A stretch of 64,000 nucleotides of DNA from Rebecca billardiae RCC1528 (Eukaryota; Protista; Haptophyta), in NCBI GenBank assembly GCA_965240325.2, contig OZ251228.1, positions 1,798,001 through 1,862,000 of the forward strand, read 5' to 3'. Below, piece by piece: positions 45,451 through 58,000 of this stretch. The notes beneath the pieces were generated by a model. It was given only the letters and a program-made list of their open reading frames with translations, did not search any database and was not told the origin of the DNA. The first letter of the stretch is position 1. Every line of letters starts with the position of its first letter. Position numbers and translations under genes: made by a program.

Positions 45451-46644
45451 ATGACCGGCACCAGCTCCGACACGCACGGCGCGACGACGCAGCCCAAAAT
45501 CGCCCTCGTCGTGGGTAAAGGCGTCATTGGCCGCTCAATCATCGAGCACCTCGACGCCAAGCCCGACGAGTGGCGCGAGGTGATCGTGCTCGCCACGTCC
45601 GAGCCCAACTTTGCCACGCACGCGCGCACGATCAAGGTGGACCTCCTCGATGCGGAGAAGACGCAGAAGCAGCTCGCGGCGGGCCCGCTCGCCGAGGTCA
45701 CGCACGTGTTCTTCTGCGGGCTCGCCCCCGGCGGCACCGACGACACCGAGACGAACGTCGCGCTGCTGCGCAACGTGGTCGACGCGGTGGACGCGCACGC
45801 GCCCAAGTTGCAGCGCGTGCTGCTCAACACGGGCCTCAAGCGGTACGGCGTGCACCTGGGCAAGTTTAAGTCACCCGCGCGCGAGTCCGACCCGCGCACC
45901 AAGGAGAACACCATCTTCTACCACCAGCAGGCCGACTACCTCGCGCAGGCGGCGCAGGGCAAGCGGTGGGACTGGGTGGAGATGATCCCGGACGTGGTGT
46001 GCGGCTACGCCACGGGACAGATGAATCTCGCCGTAACGATCGCGGCGTACGCGGCGATCCAGAAGGAGTTGGGCAGACCGCTCACGTTCCCCGGCACACC
46101 GGACTGCTTCAACAAGCTCGCGCAGGTGTGCTACGCGCCGCACCTCGCGAAGGCATGCGAGTTTGCCGCGACGAGCGGCTCCAAGGGCGGCGAGGCGTAC
46201 AACGTGGTCAACGGCGACTTCTTCCGCTGGGAGACGGTGTTCCCGCAGTTCGCGGCGTACTTCGGGCTCGAGTTCGGTGGCGTCTCGACGCGCTCGCTCG
46301 CGGACGAGATGGCGGACAAGGCCAAGGTGTGGGACCGCATCGTCGCCAAGTACGGCCTGCAGCCGATCCCGCTCGACAAGCTGGCCTCGTGGCGCTTTGC
46401 AGACTGGATCTTCTCGTGCGAGTACGACGTGATGTCGGACACGACGAAGCTGCGCCAGGCGGGCTTCGCCGAGACGGTGGACTCCGAGGCGATGTTTGCG
46501 CGCATGTTCGATGACTTCAAGGTGATGCGCGTTCTCCCCGACTTCAATGATGCCACGCAGCGCGGGCTTGATTGTAAGTCAGCAGTGAGCTACAAGACGA
46601 CGGTTTCGACGGTTGAGACGGTCGAGACCGGTGCCGGCCGGTGA
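45451..46644 (+). CDS. Progesterone 5-beta-reductase / iridoid synthase-like (PRISE, VEP1-type) short-chain reductase
   Basis: ALVVGKGVIGRS, VTHVFF, TGLKRYG, FYHQQAD, LTFPG, GEAYNVVNGDFFRW, SDTTKLRQAGF. Intronless. Confidence 0.85.
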   Translation: MTGTSSDTHGATTQPKIALVVGKGVIGRSIIEHLDAKPDEWREVIVLATSEPNFATHARTIKVDLLDAEKTQKQLAAGPLAEVTHVFFCGLAPGGTDDTETNVALLRNVVDAVDAHAPKLQRVLLNTGLKRYGVHLGKFKSPARESDPRTKENTIFYHQQADYLAQAAQGKRWDWVEMIPDVVCGYATGQMNLAVTIAAYAAIQKELGRPLTFPGTPDCFNKLAQVCYAPHLAKACEFAATSGSKGGEAYNVVNGDFFRWETVFPQFAAYFGLEFGGVSTRSLADEMADKAKVWDRIVAKYGLQPIPLDKLASWRFADWIFSCEYDVMSDTTKLRQAGFAETVDSEAMFARMFDDFKVMRVLPDFNDATQRGLDCKSAVSYKTTVSTVETVETGAGR

Positions 46645-46745
46645 TTCCCTGCGCCCGCCGAGCACTGATGATGAGCAGCAGATGACTCGGGGCGCCACTG
46701 CATGGCCATGCTTGGCTTATAGTGAGTGGCAGCTCGATCATCGAA

Positions 46746-47504
<759 letters not shown>

Positions 47505-48265
47505 TGTTCACGGGCAGCGCCACTGACGTACTCGAGTAAACTACTACGGGCCGACATGAAAAGTTCGGGCATATCGTGGGCTGAGTTATTGCCACCTGTG
47601 ACCTGACCAAAGTGGCGCTGGCTGCGCAGCCAGCTGATGATGCACTGCGCAGTCAATAGTCATACGTACAGCACACTGCACACGTGGGTGCCAGAATGGT
47701 GATGGAGACCCGAACCCGCGCGATGAGCACTCTGACCCTCTCGAGCGTGCCAGCCGCCCCAGCGCCGAGGAGGCCCTGCCCGATGCGGACAATTGTGGTG
47801 GCCCACATGGGCTGGGGAGGCCTGGGACTCCGTGCATGCTCAAAGCAGCAGGGAGTTTATAAGTAGTAATGTTGATGAGCACTACCCTGCTGCGGTGTGT
47901 GTGCATAATATATATACGACACACACACACATATATGTGTGTGTGTGCATACACACATATCAGATATGTGTGTGTGTAGTCGTGATGACTAGCTTATGTG
48001 GCTGCTCATCATGATGATCATTGTCAGATCGATCGACATACATCAGCAGGGCTCATCGCGGACCTGATCTGCGTGACAGATAGCTTATATATATATTATT
48101 CGATGTCGAGTCAGTGGCGGCTGCGCGAGCTCGTTTCCGGGCCAATTCGTCGTCGCAGAGTAGTCGCGCTTCAACCCCTAATGTCTGATCGCGTCACGGC
48201 ACCGCTCACGCGCATGCATGAGAGGAATCGTCATGCCATTCATGGCGGCCAGTCAGCAATTATAA

Positions 48266-50190
48266 CTATACAGCATTACTGGCTTGACTCCTTGAGTGGC
48301 TTCGGGCTTCGGCGGAGCAGAGGCGTCTGCCGACGACGACGCCTGGCTTCTCGCACGCCCTGCACACAAATATGTAGTACTCACCGTACCGTGCGCGATG
48401 GCGTGGAAATTTGACGCCCTTGTCGCTAGAAGCCTTGGCGAGGATGGCCTCCATACACCTGGCATTGGCTGCCCAGGTGTGCTGGCACTTGCGCCGCATG
48501 CCGGTGGGCACTGCGTCGCCCAGGGTAGTGTTGGACCTGCCGAGACTCGCCGCCGCGTTGGCGCTCCAGCTCGCCGACTTCTGCAGGTGCTGCACGCACT
48601 GCCGGCTGTGCTCGCCCGCGATGGTGCTGTTGCACTGCCGGCTGTGCTCGCCCGCGATGGTGCTGTTGCACGACTGGGTGGTCGCGCTGAACTTCCACGG
48701 GTCATTAGTGTAGTGCGCCACGCGATAGGTGCCTGAGTGGTTGGTTGCGTTGTGCGCTGTGGTGCCGGGCAGGTATGGCAGGTGGTTGAAGTCGACGCCA
48801 CGCATGCCCCCGCGGTGGACGCGGAACATGTGGAAGAAGAAGCCTGCGTGCCACGCGGAGATGGGCGTGCGAGTGTGCAGGCAGGGGTGGGTGACGCTCT
48901 GGTCAGCCGCCCGCCAGCCGCGCGATGAGGCGTACAGCCACATGCTCAGCAGCCAGGGGCCAGCGGCCTCGGGGGCTGGCGAGGAGGGCTGGTTCCTCTG
49001 CGCCGCGGCCACTGGTCTCGTTTCTCGCGTATCCCCCCCCCCCCCCCCCCCCGCGCGCGCGCGCGCGCGCGCGGCGGACCCTGGTCGATGTCGCCCCCGA
49101 CGAAGTTCCACTTGTTGTGCTCGATCACGTAGGCGCGGGTCGTGGGGTGCTTGCCCCACTCACTGATCCACACGCTGTCGTTGGCGGGGATCACGTCCCG
49201 TGGCCGGCCCACGAGGTCCCAGCCGTGCGTCTTGTTCCAGGACGAACGCACGCGGCGCATGAGCTCCACGCCCTCCCTGTAGAGCTGCACGTCAGGCCTG
49301 CCAGCCAGCGCGTGTCCAGGGGACAATGGGGTGGGTGCAGATGGCAAGTGGCGGGAGGGTGGGGGTGGGTGGGTGGGTGGGTGGGGGGGTGGGGGTGAGT
49401 GGGGGTGGGGGGGGGGGGGAAGATATTGGCGGAGACAAGGGAGAGAGAGGCAGGGGTATGGGCCGCGGGCGCGGGACACAGCGTGGGCGGGGTCGAGCGC
49501 GCGGGCAGCAGCCGACGCGCAGCTGTCGCTGGCTCGCATCACTGGCTCCGTGGCTCGCGCCGCCCACGGGGGGGGGAGGCACGCCCTCGGGCATCTCTTG
49601 CCCTCACGCGCGTGGCACCTTGACCGCGCTCACTACCTGAGAATCATGAATGCTGCGTTCACAGGGGCCGTGTGGTCAGGCTTGGACACCAGGTCCGCGC
49701 CGTGCGCGCGGATGCGCGCAAACATGTCCAGCCACGCGTGGGCCACGCGGAACTGCTCGCTCTGCGCCTGCAGTGAGGGCAGGAAGGGGTCCAAGTCCAT
49801 GTCCATGAGTGTCACAAATTCGCTGTCCGTGATGCCCATCGCGGCCCACTTGAGCAGGGTGATGGACATGAGGGACTTGGGCTTCCGGGCTACCAGTAGC
49901 GGCGTCATGTTGGCCAGCTCAGGGGGCATCTCGGGGTGGCCCCGCACGGTCACACCGGCAGCCGTGGTGTGCTCGCCATCAGCTGTGCACTGCGAGAAGA
50001 CGTCCATGACCACCGGTCGGTGGGACACCTTCCCGATCACCGCGCCCAGGTCGTGCGCCTGCTGCATCCACCAGTAGACGATGCACGGGGGGACACGCTT
50101 CACCTGACCGTGTTCGCGTAAGTCGCTGCACGGGTATAGGGCAAGCAGAAAGAGGCTCAGCAGGAAGCGGGGCTCAGCGTCGCCGCCCAT
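48266..50190 (-). CDS. GT8/glycogenin-like nucleotide-diphospho-sugar transferase (5' end possibly incomplete)
   Basis: Exons 50190-49637, 49297-49080, 48843-48266. Motifs LLKW, DxD (MDMDLD), VNAAFMILRP, WNFVGGDIDQGFFF, VAHY..DPW. Confidence 0.65.
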
Positions 50191-50600
50191 CGTGATCGTG
50201 CCGCTGGTCCACAAGTGTATATATACTATGGCAGCAGACGGGCGGGGCCGCGGGGCGTGTCTGTGGGAGGCTTAGCTAGCGCGTGCACGATGGCGCCGCA
50301 ATCAAGGCGAGATGCTTCCACTCCGGCTCCCCCCGACTCCTCTGGTACCGTATTGGCAAATAGGACATTGTTCGCGAGCGCGATCTCCAATCTTCGTATG
50401 TGGGAAACCGTGTACTTTCATACATACAAACCGTCCGCGCCTAGGACAACCTACAATAATGTGTGGAGAAGTACTCGGCGTCGCTCGGATATAATAAATT
50501 CCCCTGTACAGTATAATGGGCTCGGGGTAACCCCCAGTGAGGGGAACGCCCCTGAAGATTATGATATGATGATGGGTGCTGATACAAAAATGAGCGATCA

Positions 50601-50602
<2 letters not shown>

Positions 50603-50643
<41 letters not shown>
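50603..50643. repeat. (TA)n microsatellite
   Basis: Directly visible. Confidence 0.95.
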
Positions 50644-50646
<3 letters not shown>

Positions 50647-51139
50647 GGGCCGTTATTTGGATGGATATTGGTTAAAGTTACCAGCAGAAAGGACCTGCAG
50701 GATCTTCCGCATCGGCCCTGCTTGCTCTAATTGCTTGCTCGTCATCAACGCACAGTGCCTCTTTGCTCGTCGCCCCGCGACACGGAGTCTTACGCCGCTC
50801 GCACTCAGCACGCTCGTGCTCACTACACGCTCTACGCACGCTGCCGCTCGCCGCCGCTCGCCCGCGCAGGGGCGTGCTCGCGCCCGCGCCGCTCGACAGC
50901 AGGCGAGCAGCGCCTGCCGCCCGCGCGCTCATCGGCAGCACGGCGCGCTCCTGCCGCGTCGGCTCGCTCCGCCGCCGTTGCCCCGCGGCACGGGGGCTAC
51001 GCCGCCCGCACTCGGCGCGCTCGTGCTCGCTATAGCCTACGCCGCCGCCGCTCGCCGCCGCTTGCCACGGTCCGCCCTTGCAGGGGCGAGCTCGCGCCCG
51101 CGCCGCGCGACAGTACAGTACGCGGGCTACTGCGTCACG

Positions 51140-52882
51140 ATGGCGGCGGCCTCGCGCGGACGCGGCCTCATCGCGCTCGCCCTGGCCGCGGCGCACCCGC
51201 GCGCGGCGAGCGCGCTGGCGACGCGCGAGGAGGCGCTCTCCTTCTTCATGTACACCGAGCGCGCGCTCAACCACGCGTACCTCCTCGCGTGCCCGCGCGC
51301 GCCCTCGCTGGTCGAGTCGGCGTGGGTGGGCGAGCGGCTGAACGAGGTGCACGTGCACGGCGCGCTGGCGCAGCACCCGCTGCGCGTGCGCAACGCGAGC
51401 CGCGCGGCGCTGTTCTACGTGCCCATCATGCAGGAGCTCTCGTGGCGCGTGGGCGCTAACTGCACCGGCGAGAGCCACGCCGACCGGATGCGCGCGGCGG
51501 CGCGCGCGCTCGCGCAGCAGCCGCCGTTCGCGGCCTCGCTCGGCCGCGACCACTTCTGGGCGTCGTCCATGTCGGAGGACGACGGCGTGCTCGAGCAGCA
51601 CCTGATGCTCGCGCTCACGCGCCTCCTCGCCGAGACTACCGTCGGGCGGCACAAGTTCTTCACCCTCTACCCGTCGCCCAGCAAGAACCCGCAGCGAGTG
51701 GAGGTGCGATACCGCTCGGTGGTGGGGCGCTGCACCTTCGAGCTGGGGCACCAGCCCAACCAGGAGGCGCTGCGCGAGTACGCGCGGCACGCGGCGGGCG
51801 CGGCCGGGCTCGGGCCGCGCCCGAGCGCCGCCGCGCGCGAGGCGGCCGAGCTCGAGCACGGCCACGCCGCCCCGCGCCCCACCCTGCTGTACTGGGCAGG
51901 CTCTTTGGACGTGTGCTGCACCGGCAACGGCGCGCGCTGCGCGCTGGGCGAGCTGCTGCTGCTCGCGGCGCGCGGCGCGGCGGAGGCGCGGGGCGTGCGC
52001 ATGCACGTGACGGTGCGGCCCGAAGCGCTCGACCGGCTGCGCAACGCGAGCCGCGCGCCCGACGCCGCGCTCGGCGGCGCGAGCACGCCCAGCACGCCCG
52101 CGTGGCGGCTGCCGCGCTCGCAGCGGCCGTCGCGCGATTGGAGCCCGTGTCTGCTCTCTGTGGCGAGGGAGCTGGCGAAGGAGCGCGGCGGCTCGAAGCT
52201 CGACGCGCTGCGCGCGCTCGAGGCGGACTCGCGCCCGCCGCCCGGCGTGAGCGCGTACGCGCGCATGGGCCGCGAGATGGCGCGCGCCACCTTCTGCCTG
52301 ATCCCGCCGGGCGACACGTGCGTCACCTCGCGGCTGCTGTCCGCGCTGGCGGCGGGCTGCGTGCCAGTGGTGCTGTGCGACGAGTTGGAGGGGCCGTACG
52401 GCGCGCCGTTCAAGCCGGAGCTGGTGCAGGCGATGCCGTGGCTCGCGCGCCTGCCGTACGAGCGCTTCGTGCTGTACGTGCGCAGCGAGCCCTTCATCCG
52501 GCGCCCCGCGCGCGCGCTCGAGGCGGTGCAGCGGGTGAGCGGCGCGCAGCTCGCGGAGATGCAGCAAGCGCTGCGCGCCACAAGACCGCACGTGCTGCTG
52601 CAGGTGGCGGGCGCGGCGCCCAAGGCGGGCACGCGCTTGCTCGAGCGCGTGGCGTACTGCATCCACATGAACCGGAAGAACAAGGTGCTGCCGAACGGCC
52701 TCGCGGCCCAGAGCCTCCGGGAGCAGGAGGCCGAGGAGGCGAGCAGGCAGAGAGCCGGGGCGCGGGCGAGGGCGCGGGCGGCGGCGAAGGCGAGTAAAGC
52801 GGCGAGGGCGATCAACGCGACGGCAGCGGCGAAGGCGAAGGTGGCGGCAGCGGAGGCGGCGAAGGCGACGACTGCCGCGTAG
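51140..52882 (+). CDS. Exostosin-like GT47 glycosyltransferase
   Basis: Signal/anchor LIALALAAA; FFMY, ALFYVP, GRDHF, LLYWAG, ATFCLIPPGD...SRLLSALAAGCVPVV. Confidence 0.88.
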   Translation: MAAASRGRGLIALALAAAHPRAASALATREEALSFFMYTERALNHAYLLACPRAPSLVESAWVGERLNEVHVHGALAQHPLRVRNASRAALFYVPIMQELSWRVGANCTGESHADRMRAAARALAQQPPFAASLGRDHFWASSMSEDDGVLEQHLMLALTRLLAETTVGRHKFFTLYPSPSKNPQRVEVRYRSVVGRCTFELGHQPNQEALREYARHAAGAAGLGPRPSAAAREAAELEHGHAAPRPTLLYWAGSLDVCCTGNGARCALGELLLLAARGAAEARGVRMHVTVRPEALDRLRNASRAPDAALGGASTPSTPAWRLPRSQRPSRDWSPCLLSVARELAKERGGSKLDALRALEADSRPPPGVSAYARMGREMARATFCLIPPGDTCVTSRLLSALAAGCVPVVLCDELEGPYGAPFKPELVQAMPWLARLPYERFVLYVRSEPFIRRPARALEAVQRVSGAQLAEMQQALRATRPHVLLQVAGAAPKAGTRLLERVAYCIHMNRKNKVLPNGLAAQSLREQEAEEASRQRAGARARARAAAKASKAARAINATAAAKAKVAAAEAAKATTAA

Positions 52883-52931
52883 CCTGCTGGCCGTCGCGTC
52901 AAGTTGAAAGTATTGCTCGTCTCATCCGCAC

Positions 52932-52968
52932 TACAGTTTACTATAAGAATAAGAGACGCACACAGCTC
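52932..52968 (-). repeat. Dispersed repeat family R1, copy interrupted by the MITE (resumes at 53716-53723)
   Basis: Reverse complement reads GAGCTGTGTGCGTCTCTTATTCTTATAGTAAACTGTA. The missing CCTGCCTG part lies just after the MITE. Confidence 0.8.
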
Positions 52969-52971
52969 GTA

Positions 52972-53713
52972 CAGGCAATCGCGGGCAATAAGAAGTCAGA
53001 GATCTGCCGGCTAGCCTCGGTTTCTTAGCTGTTCGGTAGCCCGAGCGCCTACGGAGCCTCAGTTTCTTAGGTCCGCCCGCCGCGCAGGCGCGGGGGGCGC
53101 AGGGGGGCAGAGCCCCCCGCTGAGTCTTTAGGCCCGGCCGGCGAGGCCGAAGATTTTTTTTGGGCCTTTTTGGAGCAAATCTGGCATGATGTTGCATGCC
53201 GGGCGTGTGCAGTGGCAATGGAGCAGTCCCCAGCAGGACTGGAGGAGAAGTGACCAAGCGCAGCAGTCCGGAAGAGCAGCATGTCAGTAGTACTCAGGCA
53301 TGCGTAGCGGATGTAGACGAGTAGACAGTAGTATAGCGCGCTCATCAGCGCACAGCCTGCTTATTAGTTATTAGCATCCCGACGCGGCGCTCATCAGCAG
53401 TACAGTAGTCATCTAACACGGTCATGCAGCATGACTCCGCCACTGGCACTGATGAGTGACTTACTCAGGTCGTAGTTAGCTGCAAGCAGACGACCAAGTT
53501 GACTAGTATGACAGTAGTCACGCGCGGGCGGCGCCGCGGCGCGCCACGCGTCCCACGCGCCTCGGACCCGAGCCGCGACGTAGTCTCGGTTTCTTAGTGT
53601 GACTATGCGTATAGCGAACCAGCCAATCGCTAGCCTCAGTTTCTAGGCCAGATCCGCAGATAGCAAGCCCCAGTTTCTTAACGTGACAGCTCCTTATTGC
53701 CCGCGATTGCCTG
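52972..53713. mobile_element. Non-autonomous TIR element (MITE), 742 bp, TA target duplication, Tc1/mariner-type ends
   Basis: Perfect 21-bp TIR CAGGCAATCGCGGGCAATAAG (52972-52992; rc 53693-53713). TA at 52970-71 and 53714-15. Five subterminal AGCCTCRGTTTCTTAG-like repeats. Confidence 0.88.
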
Positions 53714-54085
53714 TACAGGCAGGTGTTGGCGCGGCTGCACTCTCGAGACTCGAGGTGGCTGGGATACGACATCCAGGTGCAGCACCCTCCCCGTGTGGTG
53801 TCAGAGCGCGCTCTCGAGCGCGTGCCTCCGAGCGCGGGGCGGCCGCTTGCTGCAATGGCCGCCTCGATGAGGTGCGGCAACGCGCCCCTCACCTGGCCGT
53901 GGGGCCTGCGCCGGTCTGTTTTGTGGCGGTGTCTTTGTGCAGTGTGCAACATACAGGTTGAAGGTACAGTAGTAACTGTACAGGCGGTCTGACGCTCTCA
54001 CGTTCTTCCATCAATCTTCCTGGACGTTTGCGCGCGTCTTGTCCCGGCGGCAGCGGGCCTTGCGCCCGCGCCGGGCCGAGGCGGG

Positions 54086-55036
54086 ATGATGTATCTGCCG
54101 CCGGTCCCGGAGGCTGCGGCGGAGGGCGCCGTCCACGACGGCGAGGCAACGATCCACTACGTCGCCGGCGCGGCCGTGCGCGCTGGCACCGCCGAGCACG
54201 ACCGTCTGCGCGAATACAAAGCGATCGCCGACGAACTGCTGCCGTTCATGCGCTCGCGCGGCCACCTGCACAACCTCATCTTCCGGGACAGGCACAGCGG
54301 CTCGGCGCTGGTCGAGGTGGGCGGCGATGCGCTGGTCTCCGGGCGCGTGATCGGCGGCGCCACCTACCGGCTCGTCTCGATCGACATCCCCGACGCCGAC
54401 GGCGGCGGCTCGCGCGAGCCGCGGGGCGGTGGCGGCGGCCGGCGCGCGCGCTCGCTCATTGTTCTGGACGTGCTCGCGATGGCGGTGGAGCAGCGCGTGG
54501 GCGTGTGTGGGCGTGGGCATGGGACCCGCCTCGTCAACGCGCTCAAGCGCCTCGTCGTCTCCGCGGCCTCCCTCCGCGGCCGCACCCCAGCCATCGCCAC
54601 CCAGTCGGACGACGGACCTCAGGTGCGCCGCCGCCCGGCGTGCGTGCGAGCGGCGGGCCGCGCGTGGGCGCGCAGTGCGCGCGCGCGAGCCGAGCCCGAG
54701 GGGGGGCGTGCACGCCGTGACGCGCGCCCCCCGCCCGCGCCGCGCCCCTCTCGCCCCGCCCCCCAGGCCCTCGCGTTCTGGGCGCGGCAGGGCCTGCGCG
54801 AGGGCGCCCAGGCAGAATCGTGCATCTGCGCGCTCGAGGCAGCCGATCCGGTGCGCAACCTGATCTACGACTACTCGGTGCCGATGCTGGCGTGCGGCGC
54901 GCGCGCGCTGGGCGCCGCGGCGCCGCGCGAGAGCGCGCGCGCGCGCGAGGCCGCCGACCTTGGCGCGGACGACGCCGACGCTGACAGCTCGGCGTGTGCG
55001 GCGCAGGCCGGCGCTAATGCCGACACTGCTGCGGCG

Positions 55037-55067
<31 letters not shown>

Positions 55068-58000
55068 AGTCGAGTTGCGACGCCGTCCAGGCGCTGGCCC
55101 AGCTCGGGCTGGCCACGGACGACGATAGCGAGGCGGCGGGGTGGCGCTGCGTGCGCGAGCTCGCGCTCCTCTCCGCCGCCGCCGCCGCCGCCGAGGAGGC
55201 GGAGGACGAGGCAGCGGCAACGCTCGCGGCCGTGGTCGGGCCGGGCGGCGACGCGCTCGCGGGAGCGGCTGGAAAGGGCCCGGACTCGTCCGGGGAGGAG
55301 GACGGTGAGGGCAGCGCGGGCGCGGGGAGCGCGCCGGCCGAGCGCGGCGTGGAGGCGATGGGTCGCGCCAACGCGGCGCGCCTCGATGGCCCGCTCGGGG
55401 GGCGGTCTGCGGCCGCCCGGGCGGGCGCCGACGCGGCCGAGGCGGCGGCGGCCGAGGCGGCGGCGGCCGAGGTGGCGGCGGCCGAGGTGGCGGCGGCCGA
55501 GGCGGCGGCGGCCGAGGCGGCAGAGACGGCGCCCGAGGAGGAAGCATCGGAGGAGATGCGCGAGACGGCGGTGGCTGCCTGGAGCGCGGTGCTCTCCGCA
55601 CTGGCGCGGGGCGTGCTTCGCGCGCACTTCGCCACGGCCGAGGCGCACGGTCGCGCGCACGGCGGCGCATGCGCGGCCACAGCGGGCGCGGCGCGCAACG
55701 AGGGCGGCACTAAGCCTGCGGGCACGGCACACGGCAGCGGCGCAGGGCAACGGCTGGGCGGGGCGTGGCCGGCGCGCGCTTCGTACAGGGCAGAGCACGG
55801 GCTGGCGGGCGCGGGCGGGGCGGGCACGCTCGGCGCCGCCGCCGGCTCGCAGCCCGGCGCATGGCAGCCTGCTCGCCCGGACCACCGGTCGGAGGATCAG
55901 CATGGCCGCCGGGAGGATCAGCATGGCCGCCGGCTGTCTGGGCCTGCCTCGCCGCTCTCGCTGGGACCGTGGCCGAGGCGCGTGGGCGCGAGCGCTGCCG
56001 CCGACGGCAGCCGCATTGCCAAGACGGCTCTGGGCGGCGCGCCAGGCAGCGCGGCCGCCGTCTCCTCCGGCTTCAAGCGACCGTCTGTGGCTCGGCGGCG
56101 CGAGGCTGCCGCGGCCGCGGCCGCCGCGGCCGCGGCGGCGCACTCCGCTGTGGCTGACGATGCGGACGCCTGTGCGTGGCGTGCGCACGGGCCTGGCGGC
56201 GGCGGCAGCGTGAGCGCCCGCGCCGGCGAGCGCGGTCTCCGCGCAGCGCACGGCAGCCGAGAGGCCAAGGAGCTGCCAGGCCAGGACGACGCGGCGGCGG
56301 AGGGCTGGGTGCACTCGCCCGGCGGTGGCCGGCTCAGCGCGCGCGCGCTCGCCGCGCAGCTCGGCGCCGCGGCGCAGGCGCGCGAGGCCGAGGCGGCGGG
56401 CTCCCAGGGCGATCGGGACGCGTGGGGCCCGGCGTCGCGCGACGCGCCGAGCTGCCGAGCCGCCGCCGACGACGCGTGGTGGGAGCCCTTCGACAGTCGC
56501 CAGCCGCCGCGCAGGAGTGCCCTCAGCCGCAGCCGCGCCGGCCGCGTCGGCCGCGCCGGCCGCGGTGCAGGCCGCGCGCCGCCGCCGCCGCCGCCGCCGC
56601 CGCCGGGCGCGCCGCCTGCGCGCGGCTCATCGCAGCTGCCGAGCGCGCAGGGCGCCAAGCGCGCGCCGCCGCCGCTCCCGTTCCCGCTTGCCGGGACCGC
56701 CGCCAAGGCGCCTCGGCTGAGTGAGCAGCCGGCCGCACCGCGCGCGCGCGCCAGTACTCACAGTACTCACAGTGCTCACAATACTCACAATGCGCACAGC
56801 ACTCACAATACTCACAATACTCACGCGGCGCGCCTCACCCTGCTGCCCGCCGATGGGCGCGGCGGGCCGGCCGTGCTGGTGCCGTCGCTGCGCGCGGCGG
56901 CGGAGGCGGCGGCCGCGGCGCGCTCGGCGGGGCCCGGCGGCGCGGGGCGTGCGGGCGTGCCCTCCAGTCCGCCCGCCGCCGCCGCCGCGCCGTACGCCGC
57001 GCCACGACCGCCGCTGCTGCGCGCGCCTGGCGCGGCCGGGCCGCGGCCAGAGCGCGCGCCGCGCCCGCCGCCGCGCGCCGCCGACCCCGAGCTTGCCGCT
57101 CGCGCGATGGCGGTGGTGTACAGCCTCGAGCGCGCGTCGCTGATCGACCTGGCGCGCGCGCGCGCGCTCGCGGCCGCGCCGCCACCGCCCGCGCCGGGGA
57201 CGCCGCCCGCGGGCTTCGCCACCGGCGCGCGCGCGGCCGCTCTGGACAAGCTGGCGGCCGCGCTCGGCGAGATTCCGTCCCAGACGGTATCTGCCCGCGG
57301 CGAGTCCGGGGGCCAAGCCGGTGCGGGGCGGCCGATCGAGCCGGGAGGCGCGGCCTGGCCGGCGCTGACGGAAGGACTGCTCCGGCGTGGGACGCTGCGC
57401 GCGCTGCAGCGCGTGCTCGCGGTCGACTCGACGGCCGCGCTCGCGGCAAGCTGGGCCGCGGCCGACGGCGCAGCCGCGGCAGCCGCAGCCCGCGGGCGCG
57501 GCAGCGGGGCGGCTAGAGCGGAGCCGGCTCCGCACGCGCCACGCAGCGGGGCAGTCGCGGCAGCGCTCGCTGCAGAGGCCACCTCGGAGGCCCACGTGCG
57601 CGCCGCGGCGGCGCGCGCGCTGGTCCGCCTGGCGCCCTCCGTGAGCAGCGCGATGCTCGCGCACGCGCACGGCCTGGTGCCCGCGCTGGCAGCGGTCGCA
57701 GCGGGCGCGCGCGCGCGAGCGCCGCCCTGGCGTCGAGCGCTCGGCGGGCAGTCTGCCGGCGCTGCGCTGGACTCGGCGACGCGCGAAGCGTCCGCGTGCG
57801 CGCTACGCGCGTGCAAGGCACTCGCCGAGGGCGCGCGCGCACCGCCCAGCGCGGGAGCACCACGCGCCGCCGGCGAAGCTGCATCGCCGCCGGCGCGCGA
57901 GGCGCCGCCAGCCGACGGCCCAGACGGCGCCACACCGCCGCCACCGCCGCACAATGGCGAGCCTGCCGAGCCCCGCGGCAGCGCGTGCGGCGAGCAGGCC

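Noticed and set aside
50642-51139. N-terminal extension of the GT47 ORF
   Set aside because: Low-complexity, contains a degenerate ~210-bp duplication, and lies before the signal anchor that follows ATG 51140.
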